Notes under the pieces: model-generated
Told to the model about the DNA's origin: nothing
Database searches by the model: none
What the model saw: only the letters and a program-made list of their open reading frames with translations
Part shown: one piece after another, positions 1 through 12,243 of the stretch
Position numbering within the stretch: position 1 is the stretch's first letter
Layout: every line of letters begins with the position of its first letter
Assembly (NCBI RefSeq): GCF_902713615.1
Contig: NC_052152.1
Coordinates: forward strand, 52,179,810-52,243,809
Direction of reading: 5' to 3'
From: Scyliorhinus canicula
Taxonomy: Eukaryota
Length of the DNA stretch: 64,000 nt
Program-made: the position numbers and the translations under genes

Positions 1-869
1 AATCAGCAGGCACAAAAAATGAGGGATTAGTTTATATTCTAAAAACTGTCCAGTTTGTGGGTGTCAAAACAAACTGCAACATTGCTATGATACACTGGTG
101 ACAAAAGTATTCCATTTCTGCAATATGGATGTCACACCTTGGTATTGTGGTGTTAACCGAGGTGCAGTGTTAATCTCTCTCAGACGGAACCAGCAGGCGC
201 ATATAGTCCCATCTAAAATGCCAGGCTTTTTCTGTGCTGCCACCTTTCTCCAAGGCACTGGGCACCTCTGAAGAAACTTGCTACCTTGAAAGGCTAACAA
301 AAGCAAAGGCTCATCCTTCAAGTCGCTGCAGTTCTTCAATCCTGTGGCAGCACCTGAATTCCTGGATTGCTGAGTCGCCTGCAATCAGAGGCCTTTGCAA
401 GGCCAGAAATTCACTTCCATTATGCCGATGAGGTTGACCACTGAATCACAAGAAAGGTTCTGTTCTCAAATGATCTAGCTTCAGACCAAACTTTCACCTG
501 ATGTAGAATCTTGGTCCTCACCTATATTTGCTTTTCTATTGATAAATCTTGCCTTAGTCTATGCAGAGTAAGTTAAGATGGTGAATTTCCTGTTAAATAG
601 TCTTTCTCAACATCACCTTAATTTGCCAAAGTGCATATTGTAAGAGTCCTTCCAGTTTTTAAAATTTGTTCCCATTTCTCTTATCTCATTTATTATTTTG
701 GTTTGTGGACCCATAGTTGGGATGTGCCTTTAAGCATAAGTGTGCTTGCCAGTATGTTCCTAGATTTTGGATTTGAGAGGAGAAACCGACTCATCAGCAT
801 GGAGTGAATCTTAGAACTGGTTTTGGAAGAAGGCGGTTCAATTTGCCTCAGTATTTATAGTTGAAAAGA

Positions 870-1140
870 TGGATAACTTGCCAGAAGTCCCGGAAAAATC
901 AATAGTCGATTGGGGACAGGGTCTTAGTACGATTAACGCAAGTACAGCATCAGTAACTAGGAAATTAATGGAACTAAAGAGTGATAAATCCCCGGCACCT
1001 GATGGTTTCCATCCAAAAGGTGTTAAAGGAAGAAAGGGAGCACATTGTAGATGTCCGAAATATAATCTTTCGGAGTTCCTTAGATTTAGGTTCAGTCCCT
1101 TTGGATTGGATCCACTTTTTAAGAAGGGTTAAAGGGGAAA
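870..1140 (+). mobile_element. CR1 LINE ORF2 fragment
   Basis: KLMELKSDKSPAPDGFHP / VLKE..IIFRSSLDLGSVPLDW across a frameshift: CR1 pre-RT motif. Confidence 0.8.
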
Positions 1141-1164
1141 CCAAAGAATTACTAATAATAAAGA

Positions 1165-1703
1165 GAATAAAGCGCAGTACAGCACAGGAACAGGCCCTTC
1201 GGTCTTCCAACCTTGTACCGGTCATGATACCAACCTTTGCCAAAACCCTCAGCACTTCCTTGTGTCATATCCCTCTATACCCGTCCTATCCATGTATTTG
1301 TCAAGGTGCCTTTGGAACGCCGTTAATGTATCTGCTTCCACAACCTCCCTGGCAACGCATTCCAGGCACTCACCACCCACTGTGTAAAAAAACCTGCCTC
1401 GCACACCTCCTCTAAACTTTGCTTCACGGACCTTAAACCTATGCCGCTGGTGACTGACCCCTCCACCCTGGGAAAGAGTGCCTGCCCATCTGCTCTTTCC
1501 ATGCGCCTCATAATCTTGTAGACCTCTATCAGATCACCCCTCAACCTCCGCCGTGCTAACAAAAACCATCCGAGTCTGTTCAGTTTCTCCGCATAGCTAA
1601 CACCCTCGAGACCAGGCAACATCCTGGTATACCTCCTCTGCACCCTCTCCAAAGTCTTCACATCCTCTGGTAGTGTGGCGCCCAGAATTCTGCACAATAT
1701 TCT
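1165..1703 (-). mobile_element. CR1 LINE 3' end (left part of a copy split by the L1)
   Basis: LERVQRRYTRMLPGLEGVSYAEKLNRLG..RRRLRGDLIEVYKIM plus CR1 3' tail; colinear with the uninterrupted copy at 31190-31970. Confidence 0.9.
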
Positions 1704-4700
1704 TTTTTTTTTAATAAACAATTTTATTGAGGTAGTTTTTGGCTTTATAAACAGTTACAGACATCATCAGAAAGGAAGCAAAAAAGGCAAAAATGTGCAA
1801 ACATCCACGTACATTCAATACTTCCATCGTACCGTATTGCACAAGCCCGCTCCCCTCCCACCCGTACTACCCGCCATATTTTCCCTCCTACTCTACTCTA
1901 CCCCCCCCCCCCACCCCCCTGCTGACGCTCACTCTCCCGCAAAGAAGTCAATAAATGGTTGCCACCTTCGGGTGAACCCCTGCACAGATCCCCTCAAGGC
2001 GAACTTAATTTTTTCCATCCCCAGGAAACTTGACATGTCCGCAAGCCACCACTCAGTCTTCGGGGGCTTTGAGTCCCTCCACGCCAATAATATTCGTCGC
2101 CGGGCTATCAGGGAAGCAAAGGCCAGCACATCGGCCTCTTTCTCCCCCTGGACCCCCGGGTCTTCCGAAACCCCAAAAATTGCCACCCCGGACTCATCAC
2201 CACCCTTGTTTTTAGCACCTGGGACATGACCCCCGCAAATCCCTCCCAGTACCCCCTCAGCTCAGGGCATGCCCAAAACATGTGCACATGGTTCGCTGGT
2301 CCTCCCGCGCACCTAGCGCATTTGTCCTCTATCCCGAAAAATTTGCTCATCCGAGCCACCGTCATATGGGCCCGGTGAACGACCTTAAATTGGATCAGCC
2401 CGAGCCTAGCACATGTCGCGGTCGAGTTTACCCTACTCAGGGCCTCTGCCCACAGCCCATCCTCCATTTCCCCGCCTAGCTCCTCCTCCCATTTAAGTTT
2501 CAGTTCCTCTGTCTGGGACCCTTCCTCCCTCATGAGCACCTTATAAATACCCGAGACTCTACCCTCCCCTTCGTCCCTCCCAGAGACTATTCTGTCTAGG
2601 ATCCCCATTGGCGGGAGGCGCGGGAAAGATGGGACCTGTCTACAAACAAAGTCCCGCAACTGTAGGTATCTAAAATCATTTCCCCTTACCAACCCAAATT
2701 TCTCCTCCAAGCTCCTCAAACTCGCGAAGCTCCCTTCCAGGAACATATCACCCACCCTTCCCGCCCCTGCTCGCCGCCATACTCGGAACCCCCCATCCAT
2801 ACTGCCGGGGGCAAACCGATGGTTGTCGCAGATTGGCGCCCAGACAGACGCCCCCATCTCCCCCACATGCCTCCTCCACTGGCCCCATATCCGCAGGGTC
2901 GCCACCACTACCGGGCTGGTGGTGTACTTGGCCGGCGGCAGCGGTAGAGGAGCCGTGACCAGGGCTTCCAAACTGGAGCCCCTGCACGAAGCCGCCTCCA
3001 CCCGCTCCCAAATAGACCCCGTACCCACCATCCACTTCCTTATCATAGCGATGTTGGCCGCCCAGTAATAATTGACCAGACTCGGCAACGCCAGCCCCCC
3101 CTCGCTGCGGTTCCTCTCCAACATCGCCTTCTTCACCCGCGGAGACTTTCCCGCCCAGACAAAGCTCATGATCAGCCCGTTAACTCTTTTGAAGGACTGT
3201 GGGATAAAGATCGGGAGGCACTGAAAAATAAACAAAAATCGAGGGAGGATTGTCATCTTTACAGTCTGCACCCTCCCTGCCAGCGACAGCGGGAGTGCAT
3301 CCCATCTCCGAAACTCTCCCTTCATTTGCTCCACCACCCTGGCCAAATTTAACTTATGCAGCCTGCCCCAGTCTCGTGCCACCTGGATTCCCAAATACCG
3401 GAAATTTTCCTCAACTAACCTAAACGGTAGCCCTCTCAATCTGTTCTCCTGGCCCCTTGCCTGTACCACAAACATTTCACTCTTGACCGTATTTAATTTG
3501 TATCCTGAGAACTGGCCGAACTCCCTCAGCATTCCCAGTATAGTTCCCATCCCGGCCACTGGGTCCGACACGTACAGGAGCAGGTCGTCTGCATAAAGAG
3601 AAACCCTGTGTTCAACCCCGCCCCTCACCATCCCCTTCCAACCCTCTGCGGCTCTCAGCGCAATCGCCAGCGGCTCTATGGCCAGCGCAAACAGCAGCGG
3701 GGAGAGCGGGCAGCCTTGCCTGGTCCCTCGGTACAACCTAAAGTACTCCGACACTTCTCTGTTGGTCCTGACGCTGGCCCTCGGGGCCTGATATAATAAT
3801 TTGATCCAATCCACCAATCCCTCCCCGAACCCAAACCGTCCGAGCACCTCCCATAGATATTCCCACTCCACCCGGTCAAAGGCCTTCTCGGCGTCCATAG
3901 CCACCACTACCTCCACCTCTCTACCTGCCGGGGGCATCATTATCACATTGAGCAATCTCCTCAGATTGGCCGCCAGCTGCCTACCTTTCACGAACCCCGT
4001 TTGATCCTCCCCAATCACCTCCGGTACACAGTCCTCCATTCTACCCGCCAGTACCTTTGCCAGGAGCTTGGCATCTACATTAATTAGGGAGATTGGCCTG
4101 TAGGACCCGCACACCTCCGGGTCTTTACCCCGCTTTAATATCAGAGATATGGTGGCTTGTGACATCGTCGGTGGCAGGGTCCCTCTGTCCCTTGCCTCAT
4201 TGAAAACCCTCGCCAAGACCGGGCCCACCAGCTCCGAGAACTTCCTATAAAACTCTACTGGGTATCCATCCGGCCCCGGGGACTTCCCCGACTGCATGGC
4301 CTTTAGGCCCCCCAATACCTCCTCTACTCTAATCGGGGCCCCCAGCTCTTCCACTCGCCCCCCCCCAACTGTTGGGAATGTTAACCCATCCAGAAACCTT
4401 TTCATCCTCTCCGGTTCTTCTGGCGGCTCCGAAGTATACAGCTTACGATAGAAGTCCCGGAATACCCTATTCAATTCTGCCGGATCCTCCACTTTGTGCC
4501 CCCCCTCGTCCCTCACTCTACCTATTTCCCTGGCCGCCTCCCTCCTCCTAAGTTGCTGCGCTAACAGTCTGCTAGTCTTTTCCCCATACTCGTACACCAC
4601 TCCCCTCGCCTTCCTAAGCTGTTCCACTGCCCTGCTCGTGGATAGTGCCCCCAGTTCCGCCTGTAGCCTCTGCCTCTCCCTGAGTAAAACCTCCCCCGGG

Positions 4701-6336
4701 GACTCCGCGTGCTCTTCATCTATCCGGCCCATTTCCCTGACCAATCTATCCATCTCTGCCCGGTCTGCCTTGGCTCTATGGGCCCCAATTGAAATCAGCT
4801 CCCCCCGCACTACTGCCTTTAGCGCCTCCCACACGGTCGCCGCTGAGACCTCCCCAGTGTCATTCACCTGCAGGTAATTTTTTATACATTTCCGAAGCCT
4901 CTCGCAGATCCCCTCCTCCGACAGCAGTCCCACATCTAGCCTCCATTGCGGGCGTTGATAACTCGCTCCCCCGAACTGCAGGTCCACCCAATGCGGGGCA
5001 TGGTCTGAAATGGTAATTGCTGAGTATTCCGTGTTCTTTACCTCCCCCCTACAGTCCCTGCTTAGCACAAAGAAATCTATCCTGGAATATACTTTGTGGA
5101 CGTGCGAGTAAAACGAGTAGCCCCTTCCTGTTGGCTGTCCCTCTCTCCAGGGGTCCACTGCCCCCATTTGCTCCATAAACCCTTTCAGCTCCCTTGCCAT
5201 TGCGGAGAGCCTACCCGTTCTGGGACACGACCGATCCAAAGTCGGGTCAAGGACCATGTTAAAGTTCCCTCCCATTATTAGCCTGCGAGAATCCAAGTCC
5301 GGGATCTTCCCCAGCACTCTTTTAATGAAGTCCACGTCATCCCAGTTCGGGGCATATATATTCACCAGCACCACTCTTCTCCCCTCCAGCCTGCCCCGTA
5401 CCATCAGGTATCTGCCCCCCCTGTCTGCGGATATGCCCTCTGCCTCAAATTGCACGCGCTTGTTGATCATGATTGCCACCCCTCTGGACTTCGAGTCCAA
5501 GTCCGAGTGGAAGACCTGGCTAATCCAGCCCTTCCTTAGCCTGGTCTGGTCTGACACTTTCAGATGTGTCTCCTGCAACATAATTACGTCCGCCCTCAGG
5601 GCCCGCAAGTGCGCGAACACCCGCGCCCTCTTAACCGGCCCATTCAGTCCCTTGACGTTCCAGGTGATCAGCCTGGTCGGGGGGCACATCCCACCCCCCC
5701 CACCCCGCCGGTCAGCCATAGCCTTTCTCGGGCCAGCCCCTGACCCGTGCGTCGCGCCCTTCCTGGCCCGCCCTATAGCTGCCTCCACCCTCGACCTCCT
5801 TTCCAGTGCCTATTTCAAGTCCCTCTCCCGTCAGCAGAACAACCCCCCCCTCCCCTAACCCCATCCCCCGATACCCCCACCCCTGCCATCTACTGGCTGT
5901 AGCTTCCCCCCCCATCTGACTTCCTTGACTAGCCAATCTGCTAGCCCGGTGACTCAACACTCCGGCGCCTTCCTGTCCCATTCCCCTTGTTTCCCCGCCC
6001 TCCTCCCCACCCACTGGGGCAAGCCGGCTCCAGTGTCTTCCGCGAGCTGCACAAAAAGCCCAAACAGAAAAAAAAAGGGAAAAAACATAGAAAAAAGAGA
6101 AAAAGCACATAAATGTCCATGAACAAAGGAAAAAGTCTCAAATGTTCCGCTTGGCCCCATTGGCAAACCGTTGAGCAGCAGTCCAGGCACATTCGGCGTT
6201 CCTCCCCACAGAAATCCTCGGGCCCTAACTCGCGTCCTTGGGGCCTCCTTTCGGGACCAGCCCCAGGTCCCTCACAAAATCCATCGCTTCTTCGGGCTCG
6301 GAAAAGTAGTGGTGTTGACCCTGGTGCGTGACCCAT
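1704..6336 (-). mobile_element. 5'-truncated L1-clade LINE (ORF1 C-terminus, ORF2, 3'UTR, polyA)
   Basis: 13-bp TSD TGCACAATATTCT at 1691-1703 and 6337-6349, T-run (polyA) from 1703, AATAAA at 1723-1728 (minus). ORF1 tail WVTHQGQHHYFSEPEEAMDFVRDLGL at about 6336-6260. Confidence 0.95.
1929..5719 (-). CDS. L1 ORF2p (APE endonuclease, reverse transcriptase, C-terminal CCHC); one frameshift near 2190
   Basis: First ATG at 5719 (MADRR). TWNVKGLN, LQETH, SRIDFF, SDH (EN); QGCPLSP, YADD (RT); CARC..H..FWAC. The C-terminus continues in the 1929-2186 frame after a 1-bp loss in a G run. Confidence 0.92.
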
Positions 6337-6880
6337 TGCACAATATTCTAAGTGCGGCTTTACCAAGGTTCCATACAACTACAGCATGACTTGCCAGTTT
6401 TAGGGCAGTACGGTAGCATTGTGGATAGCACAATCGCTTCACAGCTCCAGGGTCCCAGGCTCGATTCCCAATTTGGGTCATTGTCTGTGCGGAGTCTGCA
6501 CATCCTCCCCGTGTGTGCGTGGGTTTCCTCCGGGTGCTCCGGTTTCCTCCCACAGTCCAAAGATGTGCAGGTTAGGTGGATTGGCCATGATAAATTGCCC
6601 TTAGTGTCCAAAATTGCCCTTAGTGTTGGGTGGGGTTACTGGGTTATGGGGATGGGGTGGAGGTGTTAACATTGGGTAGGGTGCTCTTTCCAGGAGCCGG
6701 TGCAGACTCGATGGGCCGAATGGCCTCCTTCTGCACTGTAAATTCTATGATCTACTCGATGTCCCGTCTAAGAAGGCAAGCATTCCATATGCTTTCTTGA
6801 CTACCTTGTCCACTTGTGTTGCCACTTTCAAAGATCTGTGGACCTGTACGCCCAGATCTCTCTGACTTTCTATATTCCCC
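6337..6880 (-). mobile_element. CR1 continuation (right part of the split copy), itself interrupted by a SINE
   Basis: 6337-6402 and 6753-6880 match 31712-31905 of the intact CR1 copy. Confidence 0.85.
6403..6752 (+). mobile_element. tRNA-derived V-SINE (HE1-like), CR1-type tail
   Basis: A/B-box head, core GCGTGGGTTTCCTCCGGGTGCTCCGGTTTCCTCCCACAGTCCAAAGA, tail GGGCCGAATGGCCTCCTTCTGCACTGTA. Confidence 0.9.
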
Positions 6881-6989
6881 TACCACAACAACTCTGTTAC
6901 TTAATAATAATTAGCTTTATTGTCACAAGTAGGCTTACATTAACACTGCAAGGAAGTTACTATGAAAAGCTCCTAGTTGTATCCAATCC

Positions 6990-7186
6990 TTTTTTTCAAT
7001 TAAGGGGCAATTTAGTGTGGCCAATTCACCTGCCCTGCACATCTTTTTAGGTTATGGGGGTGAGACCCACACAGGCATGGGGAGAATGTGCAAACTCCAC
7101 ATGGACAGTGAACCGGTGCTGGGATCGAACCTGGGTCCTAAGTGCCATGAGGCAGCAGTGCTAAGCACTGCGCCACCATGCTGCCT
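6990..7186 (-). mobile_element. V-SINE, short-tail variant
   Basis: Reverse complement of the same head and core, ending AAATTGCCCCTTAATTGAAAAAA. Confidence 0.8.
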
Positions 7187-7259
7187 GCTACAAATGGACT
7201 TTAACTTGCTATCCACCAGGAAGGTAGTGCACTAACTCCACCAGACACGGGGGACCTTT

Positions 7260-8700
7260 TATGAACACGGAGAGAAAGCTAGCTGCCTGTTGGCTCACTA
7301 GCTGAGAAAGCAAACAGCCACAAGGGAGCTGGCTCACGTAAAAAACAGCAAAGGCGGACTGGTGGTCAAACTGAAAAAGGTCAACCAAGCTTTTGAGGCC
7401 TTCTACTGGGGACTGTGCATTTATGAACCCCCAACGGGGACGTAGGGGTGAAACAGCTCCCAGACAGACTGGACATGCCAGTTGTGGGAGACGATAGACG
7501 GAGGGAGCTGGAAGCATCAATAGGTCTGGGTGAGATCATGGAGTGTATCAACTCCACGTAGGCGGGGAAGGCGGCAGGACCTAATGGGCTCCCGGCAAAC
7601 TTCTTTAAAAAATAAAAATAATCTTCATTAGTGTCACAAGTAGGCTTACATTAACACTGCAATGAAGTTACTGTGTAAAGTCCCGAGACACCACACTCCG
7701 GCGCCTGTTCGGGTACACGGAGGGAGAATTCAGAATGTCTACTTCACCTAACAAGCACATCTTTCAGGACTTGTGGGAGGAAAGCGGAGCATCCGGAGGA
7801 AACCCACGCAGACGTGGGAAGAACGTGCAGACTCCGCACAGAGTAACCCAAGCCGGGAATCGAACCTTGGACTCTGTTGCTGTGAAGCAACAGTGCTAAC
7901 CACTGTGCTACCATGCCGCCCTCGTACCAGCTCTTGCCCTGCACCTACGCAAAATATTCGTAGACTCGCTAGCAAGGGGCACTTTGCCGCCTACATTAAC
8001 AAAGGCCATCATATCGCTGATACCCAAAAAAGACAATGACCCAATAAAATGCGGATCATATAGACCGATAAAATAGGTGTATTTGATCCGTATTCCATTA
8101 GGTCTTTTTCTTTTTTGGGTATGAGCGATATGGTGGCCTTAAGATAGATGCGAAAATATTCACAAAGGTCCTGGCCAAGAGACTGGAGAACTGCATATCA
8201 AAAGTAGTCACGGAGGAGGAGACCAGATTTGTCAAGGATAGACAGCTAACTGCAAGCATCAGACGGCTGCTGAATGTGAAACTGACCCCATCCTGGGAGA
8301 GAACACAAGAGGTGATCATCCTCCTGGATGCAGGTAAGGCCTTCGACAGAGTCGAATGGAAGTACCTCATTGAGGTACTGGAGCGGTTTGGGCTAGGGAC
8401 GGGGTGCAGCAAGGGAGGAACCCAGGAAGCCATTCAAATTACAAGTGCAATCTGACCAGTCTGGCGGAGGAAGTCAAAATGGACATACAGAGATGAGATG
8501 CACTCTCGAAGATGAACATAGATCCATACCAATCTTCAGCCACAAGGCTTTTTTCAAAAAAATACCAGGGACAGATCGAAGAGCGGGCCAGAGGGCTCCC
8601 CTCCCTCCACAAAGCCATAAGAACACAGGATGAAAGATAGATTATAACATCTACAGTGGAAGAAAGGGCCTAACATGAAGCCCAAACAGAAAAGGAGGGT

Positions 8701-8741
<41 letters not shown>

Positions 8742-8850
8742 GGAATTGAGAAGGAGTGTCTAAGAAAAACATGCAAGTTGTAAATAATAACGATTTCAAT
8801 AATCTCCTGTATAGTGTACAAATGTAAAATTCAATAAAAAAATTATTCTA
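7260..8850 (+). mobile_element. Degraded L1 fragments (RT region and 3' end), interrupted by a SINE
   Basis: 8140-8400 reads DAKIFTKVLAKRLENC..RRLLNV..LDAGKAFDRVEWKYL; G-run at about 8700-8740; AATAAA and A-rich end at about 8833-8845. Confidence 0.75.
7615..7920 (-). mobile_element. V-SINE, 'TGTGACACTAAT' tail variant
   Basis: Same head and core; tail ..CACAGTAACTTCATTGCAGTGTTAATGTAAGCCTACTTGTGACACTAATGAAG. Confidence 0.85.
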
Positions 8851-8906
8851 AAAAATGAAACTGTAGCTGTATAAAGAAGATACATTTCTGTGCTTATGAA
8901 TCTTAC

Positions 8907-9314
8907 CTATGCTTTTAACATTCACCGTGGTCCTTTGAGTACGTTTATTCGTCAGGTCAAACCAGGATTTGTCCAAGTCTTGGATCCACTCTGTGCCTTC
9001 ACAATAAAACTCTCCCTGGTCAGATTTCTGCAGTTTGGAGATGGTGAGTTTAAATGAAGTCACTCCAATCTTGTCCAGTCGTACATCTCCTGATGCCTGC
9101 CTCTGCTTAAATGACTCTCCAGGCCGTAGGATGAAATCTCGTGTTAGAGAGATGACCTCAAGATTCTGATCTCCCTTTTGTAGGTACCAAGTGACAGCCA
9201 CGTGCGTGTGCTGGGATGTTTGCTTGGATACTTCACAACTCAGTTCCAGGGAGTCACCTTCGACTTTATCCAGGGTCTGGGGTAGCGATACTACACTGAG
9301 TGTGTCGGGAATAA
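8907..9314 (-). CDS. IGSF3: IGSF3/CD101-like coding exon 3, Ig V-set domain 2 with the EWI motif
   Basis: VIPDTLS..LELSCEV..QHTHVAVTWY..EVISLTRDF..SDQGEFYCEGTEWIQD. Acceptor ttacag|TT at 9315/9314, donor ATAG|GTAAGA at 8907/8906; 408 bp, phase 1-1. No further exon found in 1-8906. Confidence 0.95.
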
Positions 9315-10029
9315 CTGTAAGAACATATGTTTTGAGCATGTTTTGTAGGATGCATAATGGATAATCATACTTTGTATACAAGAATGCAATACTTCCACAA
9401 TCTTATTTGCCTGAGAGGTACTTAAACTCAACACTTATCAGGTCTTCAGCTCTTCCACATCATCATTGAAACACAAAACTCTAAGGCTCTGTGGACCATT
9501 TGCTATGATGAATTACAGCCTCTTCTCAGCATTCATTATTTTGACTTGTGCTCAAATCCATGTGTTATAGAGGTGGTTAAAGATTTAAAGCAGAACAGGT
9601 GTACACTGTAGCTTAATATATTAGCAGACTCTTCCACTTGGGCACCTCTAATGACTCAATAGAGTATTATATGGTAGCGTACCCTGGATGGCCATAGCCA
9701 CATATGCCCTCAGCAGCCTTTCACTAGACTGGGAGTAGACAGAATAGGATCCTCCTTTCCTCCCTTACTTCTTCTATCATTGGTTAGACCTGCATTTATC
9801 GCACATCCCCAATTGCCCCTAAGAATGTGGTGTGCTGCTATACTGAGATTCATTGAGTGTCCCCTCCTGCAAAAGTGCACCTAAAGCTGGTGTGATCTGC
9901 CAGTCCCTGCTGACCCTACTGATTCACCAATGTCCTTTAGGGAAGAAAACCTTACTTTCTTAATTGATCTTGCCTGAATGTGATTCTAGCCCCACACCAA
10001 AGCAGTTATCTCTTAACTGTCCTCTAAAC

Positions 10030-10460
10030 CACTCGGATGGTGCCAGGGATGAAAGACTTCACATACAGAGAAGCTGTGATTGCTCTCCTTCGATCAGCAA
10101 AGATTAAAGAGAGATTTGATAGAATTATTCAAAACCTTGAAGGTTTTTTGCTGGATGAAATAAGGATAAACTATTCCCAGGTGGCAGAAGATCAGGAACC
10201 AGTTTTCAGAGAAATCGGGTAATTGGCAAAAGGAAGCAGAGGTGGCATGAATAAACTTTCAAAAAAAATCAGAACAAGTTATGATCTGGAATTAGCTGCT
10301 TGGAAGGTGGTGTAATCAGATACAATAATAACTATGAGAAGGGAATTGGAGAAACACTTGATAAGAAGAAAATTGCAGGGCTCGGACCTAATTGGAGAAC
10401 CCCTTAAAGAGCCTGGAGCCAAATAGCCTCCTTCTGCATTGTATCATTTTATGATTCTAC
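10030..10460 (+). mobile_element. Degraded CR1 3' end
   Basis: MVPGMKDFTY.. followed by decayed RLRGDLIE-like sequence and an ATGATTCTA tail. Confidence 0.65.
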
Positions 10461-11082
10461 AAACTAACCCTTGTGATCTCTGGAACGCAGTACCAGAGTG
10501 CCAAAATCAAAACGAATTTTGAATATTACAAACAATGATATGTTGTTGTATCACACAAACAGACTGCTCATCTGATATGGTTGATAGTGAATGTGTTTCC
10601 CATTTCTAATCACTCTTCCCAGCTAATCACAAAGAAATGTGCCTACCTATAAATACGCAAACTGCGTGTACAGGAAATCTATATGTTGCATTAACTCACG
10701 TTTAATCGGATTTAACAAACAAACAAATCATTATGTTTAACAATGGTGTGTTTCTACATGCTGGTAAATATTGAAATGTGAACTGTGAGCTCCTTAGGAC
10801 TTCATATGTGTGCATTCCCTTGTATACAATCAGATTTCATAGTGGTGTGTTCTATTTGTTCAAAATAGGTGTATAATTGTGCATTTCTTTGTGTATGACA
10901 GGATTCATAATGTTGTGTTGACATTTGGATAGGATTGTTGGTACTTTTTGCTGCATTTTAAATAAATTACAATTACATACAGTTGCCTGTTCAATTGGGT
11001 GCAACCTCTTTTCTGCGTACTTTCAATAAGGTATATTAAAACCCTATAAACAGAAATAGAACAGAATGTTTGAACAACCCAC

Positions 11083-11460
11083 CTATCACGTTCATCATGG
11101 CGTTGTAGGACCCCCAGTAAACGCTGTCCGTGTTGGGGGTGTGACACTCGTATTTCCCTTCATCTGTTTTCTGCAGCTTTGTAATGTGTAACAGCACCGA
11201 GTCTGCTTTAATCCTCTGTATATAGATCTCATTATTCTGCACCCTCTTACTATACACGGCATAAGGGAAATCGGAACTAGCTGTGCTGATAATCTGGATT
11301 TTCAGTGAAGGCTGATCTTGTCGAAAGATGGACCACTCGAAGTTCTGTTCTGAAACCCCCTGATACCCACTCACATCACATTGAATTGTCATGTGGCGAC
11401 CCTCAGTCCGGACTAGGGGCCCTTCTTGTAATTTCACTTGTCTTTGAGCAGCACACGAAT
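11083..11460 (-). CDS. IGSF3: IGSF3/CD101-like coding exon 2, Ig V-set domain 1
   Basis: QRQVKLQEGPLVRTEG..C..VSGYQGVSEQNFEW...DEGKYECHTPNTD..YWGSY matches the EWI-family first domain as recalled. Acceptor gatatag|AT at 11461/11460, donor ATAG|GTGGGT at 11083/11082; 378 bp, phase 1-1. Confidence 0.95.
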
Positions 11461-12243
11461 CTATATCAAGATATAAATACAAAAGATATTTCAGGTCATT
11501 TTTCTCAAAGTGACAGCAACATATTCCGAAAGAACAAATCTGAGTTTTATCCTGATGAACAGGAAGAGTTTAAGTCTTGCATTCAATTTAGGATGTAATA
11601 CAGAAACAAGGATGTACCCTCTAAATGGCTCACAGAGTTCAACGGTAAAATTACAAATAAGATACAGCTGGTCACTAATCATTTGCAATAATGTTGATGA
11701 ACAAATCCAAAAAATAGCAAGCTTAATCCAGAAATGAATAAATAATGGTATTCAAAAGTGATTGGCGATGACATAAAGAAATATTTATGCAATAGTATAT
11801 AGAACACACTGCCTGAGAGGGTGGAGTGCACAGTACCAGCAGCCTGCAAATGGTGCCTGGAGAAACACTGGCAGGGATATGGGGAGTGAGTGGGGAAGTT
11901 GGGCTTATGGAATTGCCCATCAAGAGTCAGCCAAATGGCCTCGTTCGCTCAGTTAACATTCTCTGAATCTATTTCTGAATGTATTTCAGCAAAACGTTTA
12001 GCTTATTTACTTCATAACATTAGGGCCAAAGTTTTAGGTGTGACGTTTGGGCACAAGCCCGACCCGGAAGTGCATTAAATCTCGTGAGGGGATGTGGGGC
12101 GAGCGATTCTGCCATGTTGTATTTAAGTCAGTAGGCACATGAGTTAGAAGAGTGTCCATTGGCAATCAAGAAGCCAATTTCAATTAATTATGGAGAAATT
12201 GACTGGGATTTCATATGGGTCTGTCTGTCTTTACCATTGGCAC

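Noticed and set aside
85-431. ORFs at the left edge as the next Ig exon
   Set aside because: No Ig-V pattern (Cys, Trp, D-x-G-x-Y-x-C) or fitting splice sites; domain 3 must lie outside the window.
6403-6480. SINE heads as tRNA genes
   Set aside because: Only A/B-box similarity; no cloverleaf, and each continues into the SINE core.
9780-10000. Additional old SINE/CR1-tail fragment in intron 2
   Set aside because: Resembles recalled shark repeats (GTCCTTTAGGGAAG core) but is too degraded to assign family or bounds.
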